A stretch of 64,000 nt of DNA from Lingula anatina (lineage: Eukaryota; Animalia; Brachiopoda), in the NCBI GenBank assembly GCA_051362555.1, contig CM120640.1, forward strand, positions 66,194,788-66,258,787. The letters run 5' to 3'. Below the pieces are notes generated by a model. That model made no database searches. It saw only the letters and a list, made by a program, of their open reading frames with translations, and had not been told where the DNA came from. Shown here piece by piece: positions 1 to 14,600 of this stretch. Made by a program: the position numbers and the translations under genes. The number at the start of each line of letters is the position of its first letter. The first letter of the stretch is position 1.

Positions 1-985
1 CTTTAGAATACAACAATTATAATTATAGGACATTAAAAAATTATGCAAATATTACATAAAATGGCAATGGAACTGACATAACTCAAGCAAATGAATGAGC
101 CATATATGAACACCAACTTTTCAAACAGTACCTGTAAAACTTATAAAAAATCTACTAGTACTTGTTTGACTAAATTTTTAGCTAAAAAGACCCCCCATTA
201 ACAAGCTGTTCACCTTCACTAGTTTCCAGGGTATAATGGAGGTAAGCACACTAAGGGGACATCTGTGGGAAGACCTGGTTAGACAATATAAAACAATAGC
301 CTGATAGGACAGAGATGCAATGGAAATTGCCAATGATAGACTAAAAGCAAAAATCACAGACTCAGGGGCCCTTTTCCAAGTGATACACTTATAGATGGAC
401 CAGTTTTAACCTGTCTTTAATAAGGGGATGTGACTCCCTTTCCCAAGTTCTCCACAAGTTTGCTTCTTGCTGTTTAATCATTTTATTGGTACAGTTGTGC
501 ATGGAGGTTCTGTTCAGGTGACTCTCTAAATAACAGCCAGGCTATTAAGTTGTCAAATTAAAATGACAGTCAGCTAGTTCAAGGTATGTTACATAAAACA
601 CAATGCCACATTTTTACTGGCTGGAAAAAAACTAAAAAACTACAATCAAGCAGGATGAAAAATTGCTCGGCCTACACGATCATTCATGAATTTGCTGTTA
701 GGCAGGAAACAACCCTGATATTTTTCTTATATTCACATTCTGCTCATTCTATCTTCAACAGGTATATGACTGATTTCACAGCAGCATTACATAACTGACA
801 TACCAGCATGTTTATATAGCCTTATTGACAGTACTGTTGATAGCAAGACTGGATGGCTTTTCAGCAAATGATACATATCAGAAAATCTTGCAAGAAGCCC
901 TGCTGCATAAAACATTGTGCAAGCCTAAACCCTAACTTGAAGGTAGCTACTAAAACTTACTTATTAGACATCACTTAGTAATTAA

Positions 986-1322
986 AGGGATAATAACTCT
1001 TCGTATGAGATCTATATTTCACAACAAAAATCTTGTGAATAACTCATAGAAATATAATATATTCTGTTTTACCACAAAAACAGCAGTTATAGCTATTATC
1101 CTGATATCTGAGCTTGTCTTTAGACCACGTGACCTCCATTGATGGCTATACTCTGTTAAAATCTCTTAAGAGATTTTAACAAAAAACCAAACTTTTTAGA
1201 AAAAAAACAGGGACCAACTTTGAATGTAAAAATGGATTCATTAACCATTGGAAAGTATGGGAAAATTGTTGTTTACTCCAGGAAAATTCATTTTTTGGCC
1301 GAAACGAAGAGTTATTATTGCT
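986..1322. mobile_element. Non-autonomous DNA transposon (MITE) with TTAA TSD, Kolobok/piggyBac-type
   Basis: Left end ttaa|AGGGATAATAACTCTTCGT and right end ACGAAGAGTTATTATTGCT|ttaa form an imperfect TIR of about 19 bp, with TTAA on both sides. No ORF. Confidence 0.65.
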
Positions 1323-1745
1323 TTAAACATAGCAATATAGTATACTAGTACTAACACTAGTAGTTCATCAAATGAAGTATAAAATAGATCCACATAATAA
1401 TATTTATTTCGTAACTAAAATTTAATTGGTACATATAGTATGATATACTATTAAAAGTGATAGCAGATACTAAAACACAAACAATATCTACTAGAATTAA
1501 GTGGTTTGAATATCAAACCATTTTATCTCCTTAAATTGAAAACTTCAAGGCGATTGGGTTAATACATCAATATTTGTGGGAGCCCATGGAAAAACGTCTT
1601 TGCAGGTCTCACGGTTCTAGGTTTTGAGACTCCTATGTCACTCAGGGCACATACTTTCCAACAAAGACAAAGCATACAGTTGTGAAGGCAAATAAAAAAC
1701 TTCTCAATGACTTCACACCAGTGGATTTAAACATATGGTACTCAC

Positions 1746-1860
1746 TTTGTCTTTCGTTCTGCAACCCGTTTCTTTGTTGTAAACATTAAATATCGAATTA
1801 TAGTCGATCGAACATTTTCGGCATAATTTCCCAGAAATGCATGCAACTTCCGGTATGTAA
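1746..1860 (-). promoter_or_regulatory. Putative bidirectional promoter and first exon of a divergent transcript
   Basis: Perfect ETS/GABP-type motif ACCGGAAGT (- strand, 1846..1854) about 220 bp upstream of the THOC6 ATG, in a locally CpG-rich stretch. On the - strand an ATG at 1786 (MFTTKKRVAERKT) is followed by a consensus donor GTGAGT at 1745. No downstream exon could be confidently joined. Confidence 0.35.
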
Positions 1861-2073
1861 AAGTTTGGAACACATTTTGTTGCCTGTGGGAACGTCCTTT
1901 ACGGAAAAATAAAATTTAAGATCTTATTTTGCAAAACTATATTTTGGTAGAGACTATAAAACAAAACAATTAATGTGTTTTTTATCATTAAGAAATATTT
2001 ATCTTATATTTTACTCAAAACTGAAACATCATTTGCGTAGAAATTCTTTTACTACTATGAACCCTTGTTAATC

Positions 2074-5000
2074 ATGGCGGGTACTTTGCAGTTTCGAGAC
2101 CACGATGTAAGTGGGGGGGGGGGGGGGGGGGCTGTAGCAATCACAGTTTACAAGAAATTAAATCAATTAATAAATCACAGTAAGCAAAACCTTATTCATA
2201 TCTCATTGAAAATGCAAGTTGAAAATAACAAATAAGGAAGAATAAAAAGCTGCATTCATGGGTCACATTGAATGCATTGAATGGGGTGATTCAGTAATCA
2301 CACTTAATAAAGTGAACATGTCAAGCATTTCGAGAGAAAATAAAAAGTGACTTTCATGGGTAATGAGATTACCCAGTGGGACCCTGAATAGAAATTGACA
2401 TCCTAACAATGGTTTAATGTTAAACAAAAGTGAAAAGGAAGAGGGATATAAAAAAATTACAAAAAAATTTCCCCAAATTTCTCCCAAAATCTTACATGCT
2501 GGTTAAAAACACAAGTCCTTGTTCTTATGTATACATATATTTCATCTTGCTACTAAGTACCCTTTGCTGACCTTTTAGATGCAATCAGTTAAAATATTTG
2601 TCTTCTAAAATTTTCACTTTTGCCCTTCCCTAGTTGACAAAGGTTAGTTCCTAGTTTCCAGTGCAGATGTTGAAAAGCAGCATCATGCATGCAATGTAAA
2701 AACGGGTAGAATTCTGGTACCTGATAAAGACTTTTTATTGCAGTTTGTGAAAATAAACAACTTGTGCCACCTCTGACAACCTGTGATTCCTTGTCTATGT
2801 TACAGTTCAGTATGTTTGTAAGTTCTTTAACACGTTTAACTTTAACAGCTGAGCTCATTGAACAGCAACTGTCATCACTCATGCCAGGTCATGTATTGCC
2901 ACTTGTTGGAGCCACTCTGAGTTAAATTTCAGTGCATATTCATGACAAATGTTCACAAGAAATATTGGTAGATATCTGATGATCTTCAGTATCTACTGTC
3001 CAGTCCAGTCTCTGGGTATATATAGCTACTAGCATTATAATTGTGGTTTGAGAGAATCTGAAAAACCATTTCACATGAAATACCAATTTATATTGAAAAG
3101 AACCTTTTGCCATTATTGTGGGATTCTTATGCAATTAATATTTTATTGTATTAGTCCTAAGCTTAATGTTATTGTCATCATATTTGTGTGGCTTATATAA
3201 TGAATAAATAATAAACCTAGTTGTGATGTTATTCAGGGTGCCCAGGAAGCCATTAGGAAGCAGCTCCACACTACAATCTTCAGCCAAGCTTTTTCTCCTG
3301 GTGGCAAGTACCTGGCTGTAGGCACTAGTTTTGGTGAAATAGCAGTTTTCAAGTGAGTCTGTTGATAGGGACATGAGGACATGTAACTGTTGAAGCCATC
3401 CTGTCAGCCCAAAAAAAGTTTTAAAATTGCACTTTCAAATTGTAGATTTGACTTATCCAACTTTCCCTCTATTCTTAAAAGTCCACCAAATGACTATAGC
3501 ACAAAAAGAAAAAATATCTGTTTAAATATAATTTTTCAAGAGTTTTTGATGATTCTTTATGGCATTTCTCTAACATATGCTGTTTGAAATTTGGTGGTGG
3601 CATTTGACCAGGTTAAGTGGCAATTGTTTGACATGTGAAATTGCTTCAAATGCATCTTCATGAAATTTATGTTCTTATTGTTCTTAATTATTTTGAAGCA
3701 TATCAGCTAGCTTAAGCAGGAACAGCAATGAAGAAGACATAAAACCTACTTTTTTATTTAAAGGTAAGTCAGTTCATTCCAAATTATTATGAAATCAAGT
3801 TATTATCTAAAATATGTCAGAAAAGTTTGTACACTAATTCCAGGGTATATTTATTTCATAAGCTTCTCATGTCATTAGATAAAGACCGATTGTGTTAGAT
3901 GTTACTGTGATTGTACCGATTTCTGCTGTGGATTGTTGTAGTAAATACAGTCTACAAAAGAAAAAAATGTCACTTAGATTTGTTACAAGCCTTTTGTGTT
4001 CTTAAATTGATCTAATACCTAAAATAAATAAATTCAAGCTGCCTTGTTGAAAAATTGAGTTTATCCATCAGATATGTAGATAGTATAAAAATGGTTTCCA
4101 GCTAATTGGAAACACCAGTAGAGATCAACCCTGTCAAGGGACCGGAGAGACATACTAACAATTCTCTCTTTGAACCTAGCGTCAGTCATTTCTGTTTTAG
4201 CCTAAATCAATGCCTTGTGAAAGGTAATCTAGAAATTTCATTGATTCCTTGCTAGTGATGTTTTTGAAGTGAGACATTTATGGACAGTACATATTAGTGT
4301 TCTTATCTGTTTATTATCTTACTTAAAGTAATCCATGGTCTTAATAGTGTATGACATCAGGGCTTATATTGATCTGTTTTTAATCCAAACAACGGCAGCC
4401 TTTAGGTTTGGGAATAGGGTTGACTTTTTTCTTCATTGATAATTGCGCTTGTTTCTAAGCTGTTCATCAAGCTCCTTTTTGTGTTGACCAGCCTTCTAAA
4501 ATTTGAAAACAGTAGAGACCATCAGTGCATGAGAAGTTAAAGATTGCAGTGGTCGGCTGGATACCTGTTGTGAAAGGGGATTATTGGATAGAACTTAATG
4601 GCTTTTAGGATAAATTTCAGATTTTCAATGCTGACAGGAAATGTTTTATCGTAGAGATTTTCAGTTCTGTGAAAGTTACTACTTACCTGTCCTGAACCAC
4701 TATTGTTCTGTAAAGTGCATTGTCTATGTATTGGATCAATAAGTCATGCTTAGGATATTTGGGCATGGTCTTTGTGGACTTAAATACACTGTTCCTATAG
4801 AAGCACAGCATTATAATGGTGCTAAAGCTTAATGCTAATCTTTTACATTTTTTCATTCTATTTTTATCATTTACTCACTTTTCTGTTATCATTTCAAAAT
4901 GAAAAAATAGAGACATATATTAAGTCATACACAGCCATTCTTTTTTAAATCAAAAAAAGTGTTTTTCAGTGTTCACTGGTGTATATCATAACCATGCTGA

Positions 5001-5600
5001 CAGCTTCAGTTTCAAATAGAATATTTTCATTTTATTTCTTAAAATTTTTTATTTGGGGGGGGGGGGGGGGGGGGGGGGGGGTTGGAGGTCAAAATAAAGC
5101 ATGTTTTGGGAGTGATAAGGTTTTTGTGATTTTGATGTTAAATTTGTTTAAAATGCTGAAACTGTATTATAATTAACTTCAAAGTGTGAGATGACAAAAG
5201 GTGTCATGTAATGCCTGAAGTGCAGTCAACAAAATAGAACTGATGTAATTTTGAAAAAAAAAAAATGAGCTTGGTCAATCTGAGAAGAATACAATCTAAG
5301 GAGGACACAAAGGCATGTGATCATAAAAATTTTAAGAGATTTATTAACATTAACATATTGTATAACATACAAGTTTTAAGGGTTTTTTTTGCATTTGACA
5401 CAATACAACAATCGAATATGAAACTGGGAACAGAGTTAGGGAAGGGGGGGTAATCACTTTGGCGTAATTTACTGATAAGAGTTTAACTACCTGTACTAGC
5501 AGGTGCCATGCTCTAGACCACTGTCTGCATCAAGGTTTCTTTTGGTTATACAGACATCGACAAAACTTGTTCCTAAATTAATGTTTGTATTTTTCTGCTT

Positions 5601-5645
<45 letters not shown>

Positions 5646-8600
5646 GAGTAACAATGATTTTACATCATGATGATTATAGTTTTTCACCCAGTCTGCTTAA
5701 CAGTTTATGACTGTTGCGTCATGTTATAAACCCAAACAACAGCTCCTTCATCCACTTCCACATGACATGAGCACCCAAGCATTGTCATTAATCAAATCTG
5801 TTTCTGCTACTTGTCCAATATTCACACTGTGCAGAAAGCAGAGACCAGTCTCTTTTTTGTAACTAGCCCCTGTGCAGTTCACAGTCCCCAGACAGGAAAT
5901 CCCGCATTCTATCCTCGAGGGCGAAGTGTTTGAGGAAAGATTGTACTCTGTAGAATTCAGGTAGACTCCACTTCTTACACAAAATGCCATCTCTCTGCTA
6001 CAGCATCCATTTTGCTGCTGGCATGGAGCGTCACACTGGATGACAGACGGGGAGACTGTGGTCACATCAACTGGTATGGGAAAGACTGATTGAAAAGAAG
6101 TAGAAGAAATTAATGACTGCAAAAAATTTTGAAATTTTGGTATATTACATAGTATTATCACTATATAATTTATAGTTTTTTTCCACAGACTTTGAAATTG
6201 TAGGCTGTGCTGATAATTTTGTATAAATAGTTTTTGTCTAAGAAAAAGTAAAGAGCCATGCAAGTATAATAAGTAGAGAGTTTCCGGTGAAGTTGGGATA
6301 CGACGGCTAGATTGTTACATATGTGCAAATGTATCCAGTAACGCGCTACTCTCTTCACGTTCCGGTAAAGTCCTGGAATGCTGGCGCTTCGCGCCATAGG
6401 TGGCGCTCATTCTAACATAATAACAATATACGGCCCCGTAGCCAGGTAGAGATTCCTTTTTTTTATGAAAAAGGAGACAAATGTTACCCAAAAGTGCAAT
6501 TTTCCCGACAAAAATGGCAGTTAGTAAGAACCAAACGATCAACCCCCGACTACGTGCCTGTTAAACCAAAACTAGCGACTCCTCTCTCTTAAAAAGTCGA
6601 AATTTGCATGAACGTACACCTGAACTATTGTAAAAAAAGTATATAAGGCATATAAATTAGCAAACATAACCTTTGATAACTATTTTCAATAATCTTCCGC
6701 ACTGGCTAGATAGGAGTGCTTGTATTCTGCAGACTAGATAGGAAGACGGTATATGAACGCAGTAAACGTCACAAGTGCGCACAAACCGATGACGTATTAA
6801 TCTAGTTGGCATATCTCACCGGCAACGGAAACTCTCTAGTGAAGTCAGATGGCCAACTAATATCATTTTATACAAATGATTGAACTAGTAGTTTGAATTT
6901 CATTAATGCTAACGGCACATTCCCAACTTTGATAACATTAATGATAAAGAAAAATTTGTATCTATATTGTCAATTTGACAACATAGGACAGAAATTCTTT
7001 TTAGCATAGTTCTAAATATAACAATATGTTTTAAGAAGAGAGATGGATGATAAATGAAAAAACATTAGTGAAAATTTTATTGTATTCCTTTGTTTTTACT
7101 GAGATGTATATTTTCTTTAACTTAAATGTTTATACAATATTTTTAACACAATTTTTATGAACACAACATCCGAGAGTTATTTCTGTCAGAAGAATGGGTG
7201 CAATATATTAATTAAAAATTGGTTATATACTTGAATCATGAATGACAAGCATATAAAATCTGATATTAATATATAAAGAAAGAGTAGAGCTACTTACTTA
7301 AAGCTGCTGAGCCTGCAGATTTGTCCACAAGAAAACAGTGTATCAGTAGGTGAACAGACAGCAACAATTTGAGATACGTAATCATCCTTTGTTTTTCTAT
7401 CATTTGTAATATATGAAATGTGCAGATCAAACAATTATTTTTCCCTAAACTTTATATTCCTGATTAATCAAAATTCACGTTTCAGTTTTTCCCTCGTTCT
7501 TGTTTTGCACCCTCTTGAGATGTAACGGCTACCTGAGTACGTAATTGGAATTGAGTACTTTATAGTCTGTGAATGTTTATTTAGATCAATTTGTCATTAA
7601 TGCTTTGACATCACAGATCAATGACGTTTTAATTGTTTTGTTTATATTGTAATTATAGCCCGAGAATAGAGTTAGCAAAATGGTTATATGTTGCTGTGGT
7701 ACCCAACAAAAAGTGGAATTAAATGTTTTGAGAAATGTCACAAGCAGTGTTTCATGTAATTATGAAAATATAGCTAGTTAATTAAGTAGACTTCCTTTAG
7801 ACTAAAACAAGTATTGATCCAATAACTTGTCAACTCCTTCCTTTTGATGATCATAGTTGAGCTTCCAAGTTTTAATCATTGGGTAAAAGTGATTCTCAGA
7901 TTATTAATCCCTTAAACCAGTTTTCTTTTTAATTATTTTGTAAGGGGGTTATGTTTTGGTTTTATTTTATAATCTCTCGGAGTCATCCGCAGCCCAAGGG
8001 CCAGAAGATCTGAAATTTCCCCATTGTTATGTCTGAAAAGGAAATTGGGACGGCTTCATTCACATGCAATGTCTATTTTCTAAATTCTATTTTCTATTCG
8101 CGGTATGTCTTATGATCACGGTCTTTGCCCTGAATATCCCGCCGCGTAATTACTGGCAGCGCGAGCCAGTTACTATAAGTTACTATAAGTAACTGGCTCG
8201 CGCTGCCAGTAATTACGCGGCGGGATATTCAGGGCACAGACCGTGATAATAAGATAGCGCGAATAGAAAATAGATTTTTAGAAAATAGACATTCCATGTG
8301 AACGAAGCCACAGCAAGTATTACAGAAACTGATCCGATCATATTGTAGTCAATGCAAATAGAGCATTTGATGATATAGATTAAGAAACAGATATTTCACT
8401 GTTTGCTGCCAGTAACGTGGTTACAGCTGCATCTGTAGTGGAGTTGAATAAGAACATGTATTTACCAAGGCATTGCTTTAATATAACACAATAGATCATT
8501 TTTTTACCTCCAGCAACTTAAGATATCTACAAATTAAACAAACACACAGTGTTATTAATAATTGAATTAGAGACTGTATTTATATAAAAAAAAAATACCT

Positions 8601-11600
8601 GTCAACCCTCGGGCTAGCAAGTGTGATTTATGTTTATGAATGCTTCATTTTAAAATGAATCGTTTTGACTAAAGGAAAAGAAAGCTATCTTTATCAAAAT
8701 TAAACTTTTTGTCCTCAGTTATGGATGAATGTTTTTACTGAAAATTGTACCCAAGTAATGGAAGCAACTTAAAGTTTAAATAATGCTCATACTTGCTTGT
8801 ATCTCGGAAGGTCATTAGGCTAAGTTTAAATAATTACTTGTATAATTGCATTTTGTGACAGTACAGTACCCATACTAGAAAAATAGATGTTCTTACTGTG
8901 GGAATGACTTTTATGACTGTATGAGTATCATCATAAATTACTTTCTTTATTTTGTGCAAGGTGGTTGACTGGAGAGGAATAACAGGAAATTAGTGAGAAG
9001 TGTTGATTAACACCAGAATGCGTCACTCTCACACCTGATAGTAAACAGATATGACAAAGACACACTTTTAGTTTATACATGTAGTTGACAGGCCATGTTG
9101 AAGTAGTACGCAGTTAGTTTCTGACTTTGAATACATAATGCACAATTATTGATAAAATTATTGGATATATATGTTTGCGCAACTGTAACAGTTATTTTAT
9201 CCTCTTCGTGAACATTTTTCTTGTTTGTGTATGTTGGTTTCATCAATTTTTGTGTGTATGACAGGTTTTGTGATTCCCACACACAATCAGAAATGAAAAG
9301 AACCATGGTTAAAATTAGAAAGTATTGATGAAATTTGCCCTCAGTTGCAAAAAATCAGCTAGGGGCAATCCATGCTCTTGCTAAAAGACAGAAATGATGA
9401 AAGAATTCTGCCCTCAGTATTTATGGGCCAAGTACGGATGTTATCATTTCACATTGCAATTCTTGCTCCTGTACTTAGAACATAATTGTTTTAACACAAT
9501 GTAACATTTAAAGAAGTTGATATTGCTTTCATTCGTTGATCATTGTTTTTTTTTTTTTTTCTTTTTTTTTTTAACGTTTAGAACATTACAGCATTGAATC
9601 AAGACGTAACAATTCCTTGTTTTTCTAATTCCAGCAACTGATGGCCCTATATACTGTTTAACTACAACAGACAAATTTCTTATAAGGTAGGAAACCATGC
9701 AACATATTTGTGAAACATTTCTTCTTAATTGAAATGATATGATACATACATCATTTTGAACAAAGCAATTTCAAAAGTCTTTCTAAAAATTACCATTTGT
9801 ATTGTTAAGTTAATCTAAGCAATATTGTATATTGCTCATAATTTTCATTTTCATATATTTTCCCCAACCCATCAGTTAGCAATGCTGCATTTGTTTTTGT
9901 TTTTTTTTTCTAGTGCTGGAACAGGTGATGTTATAGCCTGGAACTGGGTAGATGTATTGAGGAAGGTAATGTATATGTAGTTGCTTCTTTTGTTTTAGAC
10001 AACATCATGTCATGTGCAATATGATACAGTCACAAAAATATCGACTAAGTGACTATCATCAATTTCAGCGTCTTGTTTTTTTAATTAAGTTGGTAGTTCT
10101 GCAGCATGGTGTGAAATTCCACTTTTAGTTTGCCTGCCTTGTTGTCAAAGTGCTGATTAAGTATAAATCATATTCCCATTATATCAGGAAAAGTGCATGT
10201 TAGGAAAATGGACAAACGACTCCTGTTGAATCCAGATATGTCATCATTGCTTTGTTAAGAGAACACCTAAAATCCCACTCTGAAACAGCACTGATTTGTC
10301 TTGCAATTGATTCTTTGAAAATGAAACTACCAAACAAGGAACATCACATGGTGTAGACTTCAGTTAGCCACCAACACACATAATACTTGTGATGAGTGAG
10401 GTTTTTAAGTGAATTTATCTTTGATTTTATTTTAGACTCCCAAAGTGGCCTGGTCTTTGCCCATACCCACTAACAGGTAAATACTACAACCACAGGCATG
10501 GGTCTAGGGTTTAATGGGGATGGGTTAATCCTTGGCTCTCAAAGAACAATTAGAACTGTCTTATCAAGTATGAATATATTTCAGTAATGGGTGCTAGTCA
10601 AACTCTCTCAGTCTTTTAATTACATAATTTATATATTCATTAGAAACAGTAATATAGTTACATGTCGTCGATCACTAGGTAAAAAGTGGTGTATTTATCT
10701 TGCAGGTATGGTCTCAGCAACCCAGAGGTCAATTCACTGGCCATTGAGTCCAAGGTAACAGAATTCTTACCTGGGGATCAGTGCAGTTATATTTTATTTG
10801 TAATGCATAGTAACGATGCCTTGTTTTATATATAAACATATTTTAAACTTGTTTAACTTTTAAAAATTTTAATTATTTTATATTGTGAATAAAATGTTAT
10901 TGCGAAATGATTAAGAACGACAGAAGTTAATTTATTATTAATTATAGTTTTCACATATTTTAGGATGGTGGCAAAAGGCTGTTTGCTGGATGTGGGGACA
11001 ACAACACGTACATATGGGACTTGGAGTCTGGGAGTTTAGTTGTATGTACTGTTTCAGTATTTATAAACACATATTGAAAACATTGTATTGTATTGTATTA
11101 TTTACTACACAATAATGTTCATTGAAAGTTATCATTTTAACATTATGTGATCAACATGTTTTTTTCATTGTTGATGTTCATTGCTTTATATATATATAAA
11201 TATATCTTTTTTTTGGGGGGGGGGAGGTGAATGATTTAGACATGAAGCATCTGCTGCATGACGTAATTATTATGTGTACTAAACGCATAACAGTTTATCA
11301 AAATTATTTTAGTACTGTATATAAGACCCCCAATTTAGAGAATACAGGAGGATATCTTTTATGATGGAGTTGTGCCTTGGTTTTTGCTGATTTGTTTGTT
11401 CTTGTTTACCCATAAATTTTGTTCTTACATATATATTGATGAATGTATTATTCATCTGTTACTTGACGTGTGAAGCATAGAATCCCACATTGAATTTGAT
11501 TGATCATATCCTATTAGCTATGCTTCCTCTGCTTCAACTTTTTCTGTGAAGTATTTTCTCTTAAGATGGCTCTAAAGCCTTCTTTTCTTTTCTCAAAATT

Positions 11601-14600
11601 GGTGGGCATACATACAAAAATACTTCTTGTAAAGGATGATACATTTACATGTAATAATTACATCACACATATGTCTACAGTAAATTTACATTTTTATGTA
11701 CAGACACAGATGTGTCTGTACATATAGCCATCATCTGCGTCTGTCGTCGCCGCCGTCGTCGCCGTCGCCGTGCACTTTTACCGATAACACGATAAGTGGA
11801 AAACCATTTTGCCTTTTGATTTGAAACTTGCAGAACTGATGAATATTCATAATACGCAGGTCAAGTTCGAAAATCAGCATGATCGGGTCACTCTTAGGGA
11901 ATTTATGCTGTTTTTTCACTTTTTTCAACATATATGCAGCACCGATAACACGATAAGTGGAAAACCATTGTACCTTTTGACTTGAAACTTACCGAACTGA
12001 TGAATATTCATAATGTGCAGGTCAAGTTCGAAAATCGGCATGATTGGGCCATTTTTAGGGAATTTATGCTGTTTTTTCACTTTTTCAGCATATATGCAGC
12101 ACCGATAACACGATAAGTGGAAAACCATTCTACCTTTTGGCTTGAAACTTACAAAACTGATTAATATTTATAATACACAGGTCAAGTTCGAAAATCAGCA
12201 TGATTGGGTCATTTTTAGGGAATTTATGCTGTTTTTTCACTTTTTTTCAGCATATATGCAGCACCGATAACACCATAAGTGGAAAACCAATTTACCTTTT
12301 GGCTTGAAACTTGCAGAACTGATAAATATTCATAATACGCAAGTCAAGTTAAAAAATCAGCATAATTCGATTATTGTTAGGGAATTTATGCTGTTTTTTC
12401 ACTTTTTTCAGCATATATGCAGCACTGATAACACAATAAGTGGAAAACTGTTTTTTCATTTGGCTTGAAACTTACAGAACTAATGAATATTCATAATACG
12501 CAGGTCAAGTTTGAAAATCAGCAAGATCGGGCAATTTTTATGGAAGTTATCCTGTTTTTTTTTGTTGTTTTTTTTTTTTTTTTTTTTTCAATTTTTTCAG
12601 CACTTTTATAACACCGATAACATGATAAGTGTAAAAATGTTTTTCCTTTCCTTGGATTGAAATTTACAGAACTGGTGAATATTTATAATACGCAGGTCAA
12701 GTTTGAAAATTGGCATGATTGGACTATTTTTACAAAAGTAATGCTGTTTTTTTCCCTTTATTCAGCATACATGCAACACTGATAACGCATTTTAAGGAAA
12801 ACCAATCAGCCTTTTGTCTTGCAACTCACAGGAGTGATCAATCTGACCAGTATACAGATCAAGTTTGAAAATAAGCTTGATCAGTTAAGTTTTGATGAAG
12901 TTATTAGCCTTTTTGTATATAAGTGGTTTTTCTTCAGATTTAATTCTTAAGCATGTTAACAGTCTCATAACGGTACTAATTGGATATGTTAAAGTGTTGT
13001 TTTAACATTTTCTGCTTCTTAACAATATTGTTAGTTGATTATATAAAAATGACGGTAAACCTATTATCCTGCATTGTGTAATAAAGTATCAAAAATGGAA
13101 AGGAACTCATCATTGCAGTTCGTCAGATTCAATCATTTACTATGTTCAGAATCTCCAAATGGAGCTAATTGGACATTATAAATTGTTCTATTGATATTTT
13201 TCCTATGTCAACAATTTTCCTAGTTGATCATTTAAAAATGACAGTTAATTGATGATGGTTTTATGTAAAAAAGGTGTTGAAAATGGAAAGAAAATCATTT
13301 CAGTACAGTTATCTCTTGTTAACATTTTGGCATTTTGAAAGTGTGACCCTAACTTCCATGTCCTTGGAGACCTTTCCATATCACATTTTCTGAATATCCA
13401 TGATACTTTTATTTTTTTATAAAAAATTTGATGGTCATTATGCTGTTAAGTATTATGTTATATTGCATGAAAGTTAAAGAAAACCCTATTTTGGACACTG
13501 CTGCCAGGATAGCTATTAAGGGAAAACCATGTTACTTATGATAATCAACCTTACTGAAAGACTGAAGTGCAGCTTGTGTTGGAAAACCATCGTAATTGTT
13601 TTCTGTTTTGAAAGCAATGCAGTACAGTGCTATTTGGTGCAATAAATGTATATGGATAGTAGGCAGTTAATTCAGGGTTATAAAATAATTTGCTTAATTG
13701 ATTTTCAAGTTATTTCAGGGTTATAAAATAATTTGCTTAATTAATTTTCAAGTGGGTATTAAATGAGATTACATAAACACACATTGAGATTTCATTGTAA
13801 AGCCCCATCGGTTTAGCTTTCTTAACTGTGTCACATAATTAGGAATCCATGATTATTATGCAGGTAAATGTTATTTAATATGGAAAATAAGTTTACAAAA
13901 AAAATTTTGTGTAACGCTTACATTAATATGAGGTCAAGGTCAAGTGAGTTGAAACAACACTGACTCCTCTCTTGTGTTTGTTTCTTAATTTTTGTTTGGC
14001 AAAGTCTTCAAATGTATGATTTGAAGTATGGAGAACTATTGTGAGTATATATAGAACCTTTCTGTGGCAAAAAATTAACAGCAGCACTTCTTGGAAGTCT
14101 GGTTTTTGAAGTTCAAACTTTTGGACATTAAGGACAAAGAACAATGGAGACCTGAAAGTAGGTCAAGGAGGTGGAAAGCTGACATCACTTGAAAGTTGAA
14201 ATGCTGCAAGAACTTGACTCGTATATCTCCTATCTGTTCTGAAAATACGTGGTTGATACAAAATATCTCTACTAGCATCTGAAATGACCAAGAAAAGGAA
14301 TTCTTCAAAGAAAAAAGGCTACTATGCTGTGGCAAGAGGCTATCAAGTTGGTGTCTACAGGACCTGGGAAGAGACTGAGAAGCAAGTTCTAGGCTACTCT
14401 GAAAATCTTCATCAGGGATACATCTACTACTCAGGTGCCAAAAAGTTCATGACAAAGGCTGGGATTCATTCATTCAAAGTATTCGAAAATGGAAAGGAGT
14501 ACGATAACGAAATTTATGAGAAACTTCTAATGGAGGAAAAAACAAAGAGCACTCTTGACACAAGTGGAGAAAATGGAGATGCCCAAGAGGATGAGGAAAC

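Noticed and set aside
2589-2882. 97-aa minus-strand ORF in THOC6 intron 1
   Set aside because: No recognisable domain or supporting splice structure.
11731-12128. Short repeated ORFs (KQHKFPK...IFELDL) in the 161-bp array
   Set aside because: Incidental frames of a satellite unit whose length is not a multiple of 3.
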